Below are positions 18,441 to 27,850 of a stretch of 53,445 nucleotides of DNA, in pieces. Under the pieces are notes generated by a model that did not search any database, was not told the origin of the DNA, and worked only from the letters and a program-made list of their open reading frames with translations. Origin of the DNA: Acidimicrobiia bacterium (lineage in GTDB: Bacteria; Actinomycetota; Acidimicrobiia; Spongiisociales; UBA5794); NCBI GenBank assembly GCA_013003395.1, contig JABDJC010000220.1, positions 1 through 53,445 on the forward strand, read 5' to 3'. The stretch's first letter is position 1. Each line of letters opens with the position of its first letter. A program made the position numbers and the translations under genes.

Positions 18441-19651
18441 TAGTCGTCCTCGCCGACGATTCCGGCGTACAGCTCCAACAGGCGGTTCGCGGTGGCGGTC
18501 CAGGAGAACTTCTCGGCGTTCTTCACAGCCCCAGCCGACAGTTGCTCGGCCAACGCAGGGTCGCTGAGAATGCGAGAAATGGTCGCAGCCCACACCTCGG
18601 GGTCCCAGCTGTCGAGCAGGTAGCCAGATTCGCCATCGTCGACGACGTATTCGAGGCCGCCGACGCGAGCAGCAACGACCGGAACGCCGCACGCTTGTCC
18701 TTCTGCTGCGACCAAGCCGAATGACTCAGAACGCGACGGCATCACGAGGACGTTGGCGGCGCGGTAGAACTCGGCAAGTTGATCGTGGGGTTGGGCAGGC
18801 ACGAAATGCGTGCGATCGACCATTCCGAGTTCGACGGCCATCTTCTCGACTCGGTCCAATTCTGATTGGCCCTCCGGACCGCTCGGTCCCCCCACCACGA
18901 CGAGATGGACGTCGTCGAGAGCGCTGACAGCCTCCAGCGCAACATCCAGTCCCTTGAGCGGTTGAATCCGGCCGACGAACAGCACGATGGGGGCGTCGAC
19001 CATGCCGATCCACGATCTTGCCTCGCTTCGGTCACCAGGGCGGAAGATGTGGTGGTTGATCCCAGGAGGGCTGACGCACAACCGCTCGGGCGAGGCACCG
19101 TAATGCTCCATGAGTTCGTCAGCTTCGAGCGGAGTCGAGGCCACGACGCAATCCGAACGGGAGATCACTTCTTGCTCGGTCGCCAGTCGGGCGCCGCTCG
19201 ACGGTTCCTCGTCCGCCCGGCGAGTCAGATCTTTGACACGTCCCAACGTGTGGAATGAATTCGCCAGTGGCACCTCGAGTGCCTCTTTCACGAGGATCCC
19301 GGCCCATCCCGACAGCCAATAGTGGCTGTGGATCAGGTCATAGCCGCCGTTGTCGTAGCTCGTCGCGATGATCCCTTCGGCGAATTCGTTGACGTACGGC
19401 CACAGGCTCCCGATCGGCAGAGGCTCTGGCGGTCCGGCCGTGAGGTGAAACACTCGATACCCATCGGCGACCTCGATGACGTCTTCGTCGGTCGTGTTCG
19501 TTCTTCTCGTGAAGACGTCCACCTCGATGCCCCGCTTCGCCATCGTTGCTGCGAGTTCGTGGATGTACACGTTCATGCCGCCTGCGTCTCCGGCTCCAGG
19601 TTGAACCAGCGGACAAGTGTGATACGACAGATACGCGACGCGCTTGATCAA
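18440..19651 (-). CDS. mshA: D-inositol-3-phosphate glycosyltransferase MshA (GT4)
   Basis: HTCPLVQPGAGDAGGMNVY, HSHYWLSG, FVGRIQPLKG and SRSESFGLVAAE. Confidence 0.88.
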   Translation of the reverse strand: MIKRVAYLSYHTCPLVQPGAGDAGGMNVYIHELAATMAKRGIEVDVFTRRTNTTDEDVIEVADGYRVFHLTAGPPEPLPIGSLWPYVNEFAEGIIATSYDNGGYDLIHSHYWLSGWAGILVKEALEVPLANSFHTLGRVKDLTRRADEEPSSGARLATEQEVISRSDCVVASTPLEADELMEHYGASPERLCVSPPGINHHIFRPGDRSEARSWIGMVDAPIVLFVGRIQPLKGLDVALEAVSALDDVHLVVVGGPSGPEGQSELDRVEKMAVELGMVDRTHFVPAQPHDQLAEFYRAANVLVMPSRSESFGLVAAEGQACGVPVVAARVGGLEYVVDDGESGYLLDSWDPEVWAATISRILSDPALAEQLSAGAVKNAEKFSWTATANRLLELYAGIVGEDD

Positions 19652-20556
19652 CGTTGGCCTTCTATCACGAACAGCTCGCGTTCCGAGGCGCCGAGTCGGA
19701 ACTTGTAGGTTTCGTCACCCTTGAGGAAGTCGAACCGTTCGTGTCCCAAGTCGATGGCTCGCTCGATCAGTGACGCAAGCATCACGACGCCAGGGGACAC
19801 GTCTTGGTACTCGGGATCGTAGGCAGAGTTGTACAGGTAGTAGCCCGATGGACCGTCCCAACCGAAGGCTCCAGCGACCGGAGCGTCGTGGCCTGAGCCG
19901 TAGAGCAGGTACAAGTCTGCGTCGCCATCTTCCAGCAGCGCCTTGAAGAAGCCGGCCATGTCTTCGTTCATGAACGACCCTTTGTCACCAGAGGCTCTGC
20001 GATGCATATCGATGAACACGTCGAGACCTTCCGGACGGTCTTGGACCGTCGGATCGCCAAGTGCAGCGGTGAAGCGACGTCGCTTGCGGCGAGTCTCGTG
20101 ACGTTCCTTCTTGCCGATCATCATGAGATACTCGTCGAAGCTCGAGGGCAGCGTCATCACGGCTGCAACGGTGTGTGATTCTTTCGTGTGGTCGATACCA
20201 GAGGCTGTCAACGCCTCCGAAATCGGCTCGCTGGCCTCGATCGGCAGTGAGTCCAAGGTGAACGCCGTTCCTGCATCGAGGCTCGAGAGATAGTCGGCAA
20301 CCACTCGGGGGCCGTGCTGGCCGAGCGGGGAGTGATAGTCGGTGAGGTCGCTCTCGCCCGCGAATTCGATACCCTTCGCCGAGCGTACGAAGACCGCAAG
20401 ACCGTCGTGATCTTCCGCAATGATCAGGTCGTCGACCTCGTGATTGCGATGGGTCCACCACGTCTGCAGGTAGCTGCGGAGTGGAAACGGGCCAACGGCG
20501 GGAGCCGATGGTTCCAGCTCGAAACCTGGCGTCGACCAATCGCGATGCAGTTTCAT
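19648..20556 (-). CDS. GNAT family acetyltransferase (Acetyltransf_6/CelD-like)
   Basis: DYHSPL, KKERHETRRKRRR, YLYNSAYD, SPGVVM and FDFLKGDETYK. Confidence 0.8.
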   Translation of the reverse strand: MKLHRDWSTPGFELEPSAPAVGPFPLRSYLQTWWTHRNHEVDDLIIAEDHDGLAVFVRSAKGIEFAGESDLTDYHSPLGQHGPRVVADYLSSLDAGTAFTLDSLPIEASEPISEALTASGIDHTKESHTVAAVMTLPSSFDEYLMMIGKKERHETRRKRRRFTAALGDPTVQDRPEGLDVFIDMHRRASGDKGSFMNEDMAGFFKALLEDGDADLYLLYGSGHDAPVAGAFGWDGPSGYYLYNSAYDPEYQDVSPGVVMLASLIERAIDLGHERFDFLKGDETYKFRLGASERELFVIEGQR

Positions 20557-20558
20557 GG

Positions 20559-21488
20559 TCACCTCAAGTCCGGAACCATTGCGCCAACGGCGACGCCGCC
20601 TCCCAACACGGGAGGCCTGGCGACGTGGCCGAGATCTGATGTCCCAGCTTCCGACAGCATATTGCGTCGATTTGCCACTTCCATCAACCCGACCATTGCC
20701 ACGTCGAGCGAGCCCTCCCAGCTCTTCACGGCCACGCCGACGCCTCGATTGCCGGCGCCGACCAGTCCCATGGCCCCAATCTTCAGCGCGGCACTCCACC
20801 AGGCGCCGAACGCGCCATCAGGTCGCAGGGCGTCTCCTGAGAGGGAAGGGAAGCGACTGATCGCATCACGCACCCGCGCGAAACGATCGTCGGTCGAAAA
20901 CCGAGCAAACGCAATGGCCAAGCTCTCGGTGGTTCCCCGGAGTGTGGGAAAGCCGCAGCCGTCGACCCCAACCGGTGTGGGTTCTGCTCCGCTCACCTCA
21001 CGAATGAGGTCGACGACTCGTTGTTGTATTGGGTGCTCGGGTGATTCGTACGAGTCGAGGGGGAGACCTGCCGCACGTGCCGCCAAGAGCGACGCAGCAT
21101 GCTTGCCCGAACAGTTGTGGAACAGCCGTCGAGGCTGATCGCCGGCGCGCACGACTCGGTCGCGTGCGGCACGGCTCATAGGCCAGTCCCGAGGACATCG
21201 CAGCGCCTCATCGTCGAGATTGGCCTTGGCGAGTATCTGCGTCACGTATGCCAGATGGATCGGATGTCCCCCGTGGCTGGCGGACGCTACCGCTATCTCC
21301 TCCGGCTCGAGCTCAGCTCCGAGTTCGAGGGCGATGGTCGCCTGGAACGGTTTGATCGCAGAGCGATAGAAGATCGGGCGAGTCGTGTCGCCCCACGCTT
21401 GGAGAACTGCGCCTTCTGCATCCGCAACACACGCAGTTCCATCGTGAAATGCTTCGGTGAGTCCTGAACGAACGGTGCGCGCCAGCAC
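20559..21488 (-). CDS. L-asparaginase II (class 3, Rhizobium-type)
   Basis: RSAIKPFQ, ASHGG, HNCSGKHA and DGCG motifs. Confidence 0.88.
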   Translation of the reverse strand: MLARTVRSGLTEAFHDGTACVADAEGAVLQAWGDTTRPIFYRSAIKPFQATIALELGAELEPEEIAVASASHGGHPIHLAYVTQILAKANLDDEALRCPRDWPMSRAARDRVVRAGDQPRRLFHNCSGKHAASLLAARAAGLPLDSYESPEHPIQQRVVDLIREVSGAEPTPVGVDGCGFPTLRGTTESLAIAFARFSTDDRFARVRDAISRFPSLSGDALRPDGAFGAWWSAALKIGAMGLVGAGNRGVGVAVKSWEGSLDVAMVGLMEVANRRNMLSEAGTSDLGHVARPPVLGGGVAVGAMVPDLR

Positions 21489-22028
21489 CTAAGAGCGGAG
21501 CAGCTCGTCGATGTCAGCGAGTCCGTCTCGGTAGCGGCGTGTCAGCTCACCCTGAAGGAGTTCGTACCTGTCGTAGACGATGCGCCGCTGGTCGGAGATC
21601 TCACTCTCCACGTCCGTGAGGAGCGTTTGGATGCGCTCCAACTCCTCGGAATCGAGGTCAGGGAGGTGAGCGAGGAAGTCGTCGCCCAGGACCCGATCGA
21701 TGGCGCGCTTGCCGTCGTCGGGGAGATCAGGAATCGAGACCGGGATGGCGCGGCCCGTCCAGCTCGCGGTGTCGCGGGACTCGCTGCCGGCGAGAATCTC
21801 CGGAAGCGCTTCGATCAGTGATCGAGTCTCCTCGCCGGCCCGACGGCGCAATTCAAAAGCGAGAAGGTCCATTCGGCCGTGCAGCAGTCTGCGGTAGTAC
21901 GACAGTTCTGTGTCGAGGCCGTCGCAAAGCAACCTACGTTCGCGGAGTTGGTCGAGCGGAAGGTCGGCGACTGCCTGAACGAAGTCGTCGTCGGCGATGA
22001 TGTCGATGCGTCTGCGGCGGTCTGTCAT
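21489..22028 (-). CDS. rsiG: RsiG/AmfC-like anti-sigma (c-di-GMP receptor family) protein
   Basis: Two helices, ELSYYRRLLHGRMD and ESEISDQRRIVY, plus ELTRRYRDG; adjacent to asparaginase II. Confidence 0.7.
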   Translation of the reverse strand: MTDRRRRIDIIADDDFVQAVADLPLDQLRERRLLCDGLDTELSYYRRLLHGRMDLLAFELRRRAGEETRSLIEALPEILAGSESRDTASWTGRAIPVSIPDLPDDGKRAIDRVLGDDFLAHLPDLDSEELERIQTLLTDVESEISDQRRIVYDRYELLQGELTRRYRDGLADIDELLRS

Positions 22029-22038
22029 TGGCGAGACT

Positions 22039-23130
22039 TTAGCAACGGGCAGCGAGGGTGGGATACGGGTTGACCGGCCCGCCGCCACCGGGGTGGACTT
22101 GGAAGTGCAAGTGCGGTGCTCCGCCTCGTGCGTTGCCGCTGTCGCCCACGAATCCGATCGTCTGACCGGCAGCAACGGTGGCACCAGTAGCCATGCCACT
22201 GGCATAGCTCTGGAGATGAGCGAAGTAGTAGCTGTTGCCGTCGGTGGCGTTCAACCAGACGGTTATCCCGCCGAGGCTGCTGTTGCTCAATCTGACGGTA
22301 CCGGCGGCAACAGCGCGAATTGGCGTGCCGAACGGAGCGAAGACGTCGGTGCCCTTGTGAGTGCGTCCGCCCGATCGCGGGAAACCCCAGTCGTTGATGA
22401 AGCTCGCCCCAGGCACCGGGCACACGAAACCAGGCGTAGCCGCCGCGCTGATGCCTGCTGCGGCTCCCTGCTTTCGAGCCTGCTCGAGGAGACGAAGGCG
22501 TCGCTGCTCTTCTTCGAACTTGAGTACCGCCGCTCGGTTTGCGTCTCTCGCCTCGTGGTACTCGGCATCTGCGGCCTCATATAGGGCTTCCACCTGGTCC
22601 ACCAGCACGGCTGCTTCCGCCTCGAGGACGGCGACACGTTCCTGATCGGCTTCGAGTTCGACCTTGAGGCGGTCCATCTCTCTCCTGACGGCCGCGAGCC
22701 GATCCAGAGCAATGAGATCACGGTCAGTAGCTCGACTGATCAGTTCCTGGCTTGTGAGCACATCCTGAATGGAACCCGCCTCGAGGGCCACCTGGATGAG
22801 ATCTTGACCACCGCTGGTGTAGGCCTCCAAGACGAGGTCGCGTGCCTGGTCGCGCAGGGAAATGACCTCTTGTTCGTACTCGTGGATGCGCTCGAACAGC
22901 GTTGCGACTCGCCAGTTGAGATCGGCAAGTTCGCCATTCACCTTCTGATACGCCGTCACGGCCTCGTTCAGTTCGGCGGCAACGGCTTCGAGTCGCTGCA
23001 CCGCGGCATCGACCTCTGCCTGAGTGCGTTCGACCTCATCCTGGGACTGCGCACCGGCAGGGACGGAGGAGAGAACGGTCAGTGCAGCGGCAAACGCCAC
23101 CAGGACAAAAAAGGGTTTGAGACGCCTCAT
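22039..23130 (-). CDS. Coiled-coil plus M23 peptidoglycan endopeptidase
   Basis: Signal peptide, long coiled coil, intact HKGTD and HLH zinc motifs. Confidence 0.88.
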   Translation of the reverse strand: MRRLKPFFVLVAFAAALTVLSSVPAGAQSQDEVERTQAEVDAAVQRLEAVAAELNEAVTAYQKVNGELADLNWRVATLFERIHEYEQEVISLRDQARDLVLEAYTSGGQDLIQVALEAGSIQDVLTSQELISRATDRDLIALDRLAAVRREMDRLKVELEADQERVAVLEAEAAVLVDQVEALYEAADAEYHEARDANRAAVLKFEEEQRRLRLLEQARKQGAAAGISAAATPGFVCPVPGASFINDWGFPRSGGRTHKGTDVFAPFGTPIRAVAAGTVRLSNSSLGGITVWLNATDGNSYYFAHLQSYASGMATGATVAAGQTIGFVGDSGNARGGAPHLHFQVHPGGGGPVNPYPTLAARC

Positions 23131-23226
23131 AGAGAACCTCACGTTAGTGACGGCGGCAGAATTGAGCACTTCGAGTATCGGTCGCATGACTCGGAGACCT
23201 GAGATGATCGCTTAACCTCCGCCTCG

Positions 23227-23598
23227 ATGAGAGAGCTGCTGTGGATTGCGGTCGGTGGTGCTGTGGGCTCCGTTGCCCGTTACGGCGTCTTCAAGGCGTT
23301 CTCCGGAACGGTCGGAACCATGGTTGCGAACATCACGGGGGCCTTCGTTCTTGGATTCGTTGTGGGGGCCTTCTCGCAGAAACTGGATCCAGTGATCGGG
23401 CTGGGAGTGACCGTCGGCCTCCTCGGCGGCTACACGACGTTCAGCACTTGGATGTTCGATTCGGTCCAGTTGTGGCGTGATGGTCAGTTCGCCGCAGCAT
23501 CGATCAATGTGGGGGTTGCGGTTCTGCTCGGCTTGGCTGCGGCCGGTGCAGGTCTGGCCCTCGGACTGGCGGTCGACAAGGGGCGTTCTGCGGTCTGA
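23227..23598 (+). CDS. crcB: Fluoride efflux channel CrcB/FluC
   Basis: GGAVGSVARY, GTMVANITG and GLLGGYTTFST motifs. Confidence 0.92.
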   Translation: MRELLWIAVGGAVGSVARYGVFKAFSGTVGTMVANITGAFVLGFVVGAFSQKLDPVIGLGVTVGLLGGYTTFSTWMFDSVQLWRDGQFAAASINVGVAVLLGLAAAGAGLALGLAVDKGRSAV

Positions 23599-23605
23599 GT
23601 CTTGT

Positions 23606-24598
23606 TCAGCCGAACAGCAAGAACACGACCCAGAAGAGGCCGGCGGCGAGGTACACACCGTCGAAAGACGAAAGCAGGCCGGGAGCCTGCTCGGTGTGCA
23701 ACACGGAACCCGCCCTCACCAAGCCACCAAATGCGGACCCGGCGAGTAAGCCGGCAGTGACCGCGGCGGCGCCGAGGAGTGTCAACGGGAAGCCCAGCGT
23801 GTCGGTGGTGAGAGCAGCCACGATGCCGACGACCACTGCAACGGCGAGAGCGGCAAGATTCGGATCGACCGGTATGGCCTCACCGAGCCGCAGCGTGATC
23901 CAGACTGCCGCCGCGACTGCGGTTCCCATGGCCAGAAATGCCGTCGTGGCGGTCGTCGATTCCAACCGTATGAGCGCAAGGCCTCCTGCACCGAGGCCGG
24001 CGATCAACGCAGTGAGCGCGGTGATCGCAATCGAGTCAACGCCCCGCCCCGACTGTCCGATGATCGCCCACACGAACGTCATCATGAGTGCGATGGCCAA
24101 CGCAATGGCGAAGCCCGCCCACCCCCACACGTAAGCGCCATTGGCCGCTGCGGCCACCGCGATCAGCGGCGGAAAGATGTTGATCGGCACGTTCCGAGCC
24201 TGACCAGCTTCGACGAGATCCCATACCCAGGCGAGGCCAATCGCGACGAGCACGAATACGAACACCCGGAGCGAACTCAGGTTGGCAGCGAACAGGGCGA
24301 CGAGGAGGGCCCCGATGATCGCTTCGCCGTACCAACTCGGCGTAGAGGTTGCCATGGCTTCGGCACCGCCGCTCACCGGTGGGATGACGGCCACTTCGTC
24401 GCTCGCAGTTACCGCCGTCGTCAACTCTGCCATGTCCCCGTTGACCCACACCTGGGCAGACGGCAGGCCGGCAGCAAACCGGTCGCCGAACTGAGCTGCC
24501 GCAGCTTCGAGGACTTCCGAAACATTGTTGCCGTCTACTTCCGTCGACCCGACGCCAGCGGCTTCCCTCAGATTCGCAAAGAGGCGAAGTTTGGCCAT
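23606..24598 (-). CDS. MoaD/ThiS ubiquitin-like domain fused to a polytopic CdsA-like membrane domain
   Basis: MAKLRLFANLREAAG...DEVAVIPPVSGG continues in frame into about 8 hydrophobic helices ending GLLSSFDGVYLA. Confidence 0.75.
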   Translation of the reverse strand: MAKLRLFANLREAAGVGSTEVDGNNVSEVLEAAAAQFGDRFAAGLPSAQVWVNGDMAELTTAVTASDEVAVIPPVSGGAEAMATSTPSWYGEAIIGALLVALFAANLSSLRVFVFVLVAIGLAWVWDLVEAGQARNVPINIFPPLIAVAAAANGAYVWGWAGFAIALAIALMMTFVWAIIGQSGRGVDSIAITALTALIAGLGAGGLALIRLESTTATTAFLAMGTAVAAAVWITLRLGEAIPVDPNLAALAVAVVVGIVAALTTDTLGFPLTLLGAAAVTAGLLAGSAFGGLVRAGSVLHTEQAPGLLSSFDGVYLAAGLFWVVFLLFG

Positions 24599-24799
24599 CA
24601 GTACGTCCGCCCGTGAGCAGGTGCGGTCGGAGAGGCGTTGGGTTGGATGTCGAGTCTCGCGAACGTCATCGGCAAGGGGTCTCCTCAGTTCCTCAGCTTC
24701 GTGCGCATCGGTTGGCCAGGGTACTCGAAGCCAGCTGTGGAACGAGCGTTGCAGCGCCGACTCGGCGCACAAGATGCCCGATTGGGCAACAATGGCGAA

Positions 24800-26557
24800 A
24801 TGGATTCCCCACCCGAATCGACTACCCCGTCGGCAGTGTCGGTGGTGTCTGGTCGACTCGGAGCAGCGGAACCCGAACCCGGCCCTCGGCCTCCCCGGCC
24901 GAGGCTCGGATGGGCCATCGTTGGCGTCGTCGCCGCGGGAGCGTTGCTGTTCTTGGCCGGTCCGCAGCAGCCTCGAGTGCCCGAAGAAGAGCAACCGAAC
25001 GGGATTCTGCTGGTGGTGCCAGACGTCGTTGGCCTTGACGTGGCTGCCGCCGAGCAACTGCTTGGCTCTGCCGGCTTCACTCGCAGAACGGTGCGGACAT
25101 GGGTATCCAACGAGCTCACCCCGGCTGGAACGGTGATCTCGCAGTCTCCGGAACAGGGTCTTTCTGTTGATGCGCCAGTTGAGCTCCTCATCAGCACCGG
25201 AGGTCCGACCGTGTCGTTTCAGTCTCTACCGACCGAAGCGCAAGACGCGGCGACCGGTGCCAACATCGCACCAGACGATACGGTGCTCGTGCTGGAGACT
25301 GCCGTTGGACACGCCTACCTGTCGGCTGGAGTGCTGTTCGGGCAGTGCGCCGCAACCGAACTGGTGTCGTCAGAGGTTGCTCGCCGTGAGGAACGGTGCA
25401 TCACGACCGACACGTCGACGGTCGCAGGTTGGTTGCCTGACGGCACGAATTTTTCGGTGACCGGTCTACCCGCCGGTGAGTACCTTCCGCGAGCGGTCGC
25501 GGGTGTGATCATGGTCGATCTCCCGGATGGCACGAGTCGCCCGCTCGGTGCACACAGCCATCGACGTCTCCGCTCCGATTCCGTGGCGGCGTTCGAGAGC
25601 GGGACCGGCGTCAGCTGGCCTGTGAATGGACAGCTCGAGATCGTCGGTGGCGCCTTCGCCATCGACATCGATGTCGACGGGAGAGTGATGGAGATGCTGG
25701 GCGACGACGCCAACCTCACGATTCTCGACAGCATCGATCCGGTCGCTGTCGACGAGTTCCTGATCGTGAGGCTCTCACCCCCGCTCCGTTGGCAGCGAGA
25801 TGGAGAAGTCCCAGGCGCGATCTCGGTCGGCCTTGGTGACATCGTCGTCGAGCGCGTTGACGTCTTGAGGGTCCGCTCAGATGTCTCGACCGTCAACGTT
25901 GATGACGCGATCGTCGAGACGCTCGTCGACCCGGCTGGGTTTGCCGCAAATCCCTGGGTGCTTGCATTCGAGTTGACGTTCCCGGACGGTGGCCGCTGGC
26001 TCCTCCGGCTGGAAACGCGCCTCAGCATGGATGTTGTCGATGTCGGCATGACCGGACGACTACTGGTCGACGGTGACTGGGTCGCCGACACCTACCTCGA
26101 CGCCTCCCCGCTGTGGCTCGAATCCGTGTGGAATCCGGACGGAACGCTGCCGCAAAGAATCGAGACCCACGACCGCCTCGATGGCGCATTGGCCGAGACT
26201 TGGTGGCTGACCCCTGACAGCTGCTGTGCGTACGTCACGTTCGTAGCCGCTCCCGACGGGCGAGTCATGCAATGGGCGAGTAGTGCGTTGATCGAGGAGA
26301 GAGAGGAACTGGTCGAGGCTGTGTCTTGGGCTCCCGATCGAGTCTCTTTCGACTCGACACGTTTCGTCGTGAGCGAGTTGACCTTCTCGGTTCGCCTCGA
26401 GACCCGGGAGACTGGTCATCACGCCACGGTCTTGGTCTCGACCCCATGCTCGAGAGGCCTGGTGGGCCAAGCAACCTGCGATCGTGTTGAAGAGGTCACC
26501 TTCGACGCGAATGGTCTCCCGTTTTCGGAGGTGCGGATCCGCCCGCTCGATCGATGA
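24800..26557 (+). CDS. Membrane-anchored PASTA-domain protein with an uncharacterised C-terminal region
   Basis: One TM, then VPDVVGLDVAAAEQLL...AGTVISQSPEQG...VELLISTG. Start at ATG 24800 is inferred. Confidence 0.7.
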   Translation: MDSPPESTTPSAVSVVSGRLGAAEPEPGPRPPRPRLGWAIVGVVAAGALLFLAGPQQPRVPEEEQPNGILLVVPDVVGLDVAAAEQLLGSAGFTRRTVRTWVSNELTPAGTVISQSPEQGLSVDAPVELLISTGGPTVSFQSLPTEAQDAATGANIAPDDTVLVLETAVGHAYLSAGVLFGQCAATELVSSEVARREERCITTDTSTVAGWLPDGTNFSVTGLPAGEYLPRAVAGVIMVDLPDGTSRPLGAHSHRRLRSDSVAAFESGTGVSWPVNGQLEIVGGAFAIDIDVDGRVMEMLGDDANLTILDSIDPVAVDEFLIVRLSPPLRWQRDGEVPGAISVGLGDIVVERVDVLRVRSDVSTVNVDDAIVETLVDPAGFAANPWVLAFELTFPDGGRWLLRLETRLSMDVVDVGMTGRLLVDGDWVADTYLDASPLWLESVWNPDGTLPQRIETHDRLDGALAETWWLTPDSCCAYVTFVAAPDGRVMQWASSALIEEREELVEAVSWAPDRVSFDSTRFVVSELTFSVRLETRETGHHATVLVSTPCSRGLVGQATCDRVEEVTFDANGLPFSEVRIRPLDR

Positions 26558-26590
26558 ATCGGGTCACTGGAGAGGAAGTAGCCTCGTCGG

Positions 26591-27427
26591 ATGCACATTT
26601 CTTTTCTCTCCGACTTCGGTCTTGACGACGAGTTCGTCGGCGTCGTACATGGCGTGGTTGCGCGCATCGCCCCAGAGGTGAACGTCATCGACGTGACGCA
26701 CGGCATCGGGCAGGGCGACGTTCGAGGTGGGGCGCTAGCGCTGCTGCGAGCGGTTCAGTATCTGCCAGAAGGCGTGGTGTTGGCGGTAGTGGACCCCGGC
26801 GTCGGGACGGATCGGCGAGCCATCGCGTGTCGTACGTCGCGCGGTTACTTCGTCGGTCCGGACAACGGGTTGCTCGCACCGGCTGTGGCCATGGTTGGGG
26901 GTGCCGACAAGTTCGTGGCGCTGGAGAATCCCGAGTTCATGCTGCCGAGCGCAGGTTCGACCTTCCACGGAAGAGACATCTTCGGACCGGCGGCGGCCGT
27001 GCTGGCCTCGGGAGAGGCGACGCTCGATGAACTTGGACCGGAGATACCACCGGGACAGGTGACGCCGTTGCTGCTGCCTTTGGTGGAGCACGAAGCGGGA
27101 GTGGCTTCGGGTGAGATCTGGTGGGTTGACACGTTCGGCAACGCACAGACCAACGTGTCACGCGAAGACTTCGAGCAGATGGGTCTGAGCGAAGGCGACG
27201 ACGTCATTCTCGAAGTTGGCGGATCTGCGTTTCATCTCACTTGGGCGGCCGCCTATGGGAACGTCGAGCCAGGCGAGGCCTTGCTAGTCGTCGATTCGCA
27301 CGGGCAAGTCGCCATTTCGGTGCGAGGCGGGAGTGCGGTCGACGACCTGCCCATCGATTCAGGAGTGGCCGTTCAGTTCCGTAGGTCGACGCGTCGTCCC
27401 GGCCCGTCGATCACGGCGACTGGGTGA
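26591..27427 (+). CDS. SAM hydroxide adenosyltransferase / SAM hydrolase (DUF62)
   Basis: SDFG, IDVTH, VVDPGVGTDRRA, GPDNG, TFHGRDIF and DTFGN motifs. Confidence 0.9.
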   Translation: MHISFLSDFGLDDEFVGVVHGVVARIAPEVNVIDVTHGIGQGDVRGGALALLRAVQYLPEGVVLAVVDPGVGTDRRAIACRTSRGYFVGPDNGLLAPAVAMVGGADKFVALENPEFMLPSAGSTFHGRDIFGPAAAVLASGEATLDELGPEIPPGQVTPLLLPLVEHEAGVASGEIWWVDTFGNAQTNVSREDFEQMGLSEGDDVILEVGGSAFHLTWAAAYGNVEPGEALLVVDSHGQVAISVRGGSAVDDLPIDSGVAVQFRRSTRRPGPSITATG

Positions 27428-27500
27428 CGATCTGGATGATGAACGCGGCGAGGATGAGACCGAGCAGGCCGATGACCACAAGTGCTGTAACGGGACGCAT
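27411..27500 (-). CDS. Small single-TM membrane protein (29 aa)
   Basis: ATG...TGA encodes MRPVTALVVIGLLGLILAAFIIQIVTQSP; fills the intergenic gap and has GC3-rich codons. Confidence 0.55.
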   Translation of the reverse strand: MRPVTALVVIGLLGLILAAFIIQIVTQSP

Positions 27501-27524
27501 CGCATGGACAGTACCCGGTCTGTC

Positions 27525-27785
27525 ATGATCGAATTCCTCACGCGGCCGGACTGCTCAGTGTGTGACGACGGATGGAGCACGGTGAGCAGGTGGTCGAGAA
27601 TCCTGCGTCTCGATGTCGACCAACGAGACATCACCGACGACCCCTCGGCGGCAGGGTATGTCGAACGGATTCCGGTCGTTCTCGTAGACGGTCGTCCGGT
27701 GCTGGAGGGTCGGTGGACCTCGTGGGACGCCGCTCGAGCGTTGTGGCGAGCACGTCGAAGAACGAAGCGCGACATCGAGGCATGA
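27525..27785 (+). CDS. Glutaredoxin-like protein (DUF836 type)
   Basis: TRPDCSVC (CxxC) and ERIPVVLVDG; directly upstream of rex. Confidence 0.8.
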   Translation: MIEFLTRPDCSVCDDGWSTVSRWSRILRLDVDQRDITDDPSAAGYVERIPVVLVDGRPVLEGRWTSWDAARALWRARRRTKRDIEA

Positions 27786-27850
27786 CTCGCCCGAACGTCG
27801 ATTGAGTCCAATCGGATTTTGGGTTCGAGCCTGCCACTATTGTCAAGTTC

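Noticed and set aside
23131-23226. Fluoride riboswitch upstream of crcB
   Set aside because: No GGxGATGG...CC...GxTxATGxC pattern was recognisable by eye.
23227-27427. crcB near a SAM-dependent halogenase-family gene, suggesting a fluorinase cluster
   Set aside because: The enzyme has the DUF62 hydrolase residues (DPGVG..RR, TFHGRD), not fluorinase or chlorinase signatures, and the genes are not in one operon.
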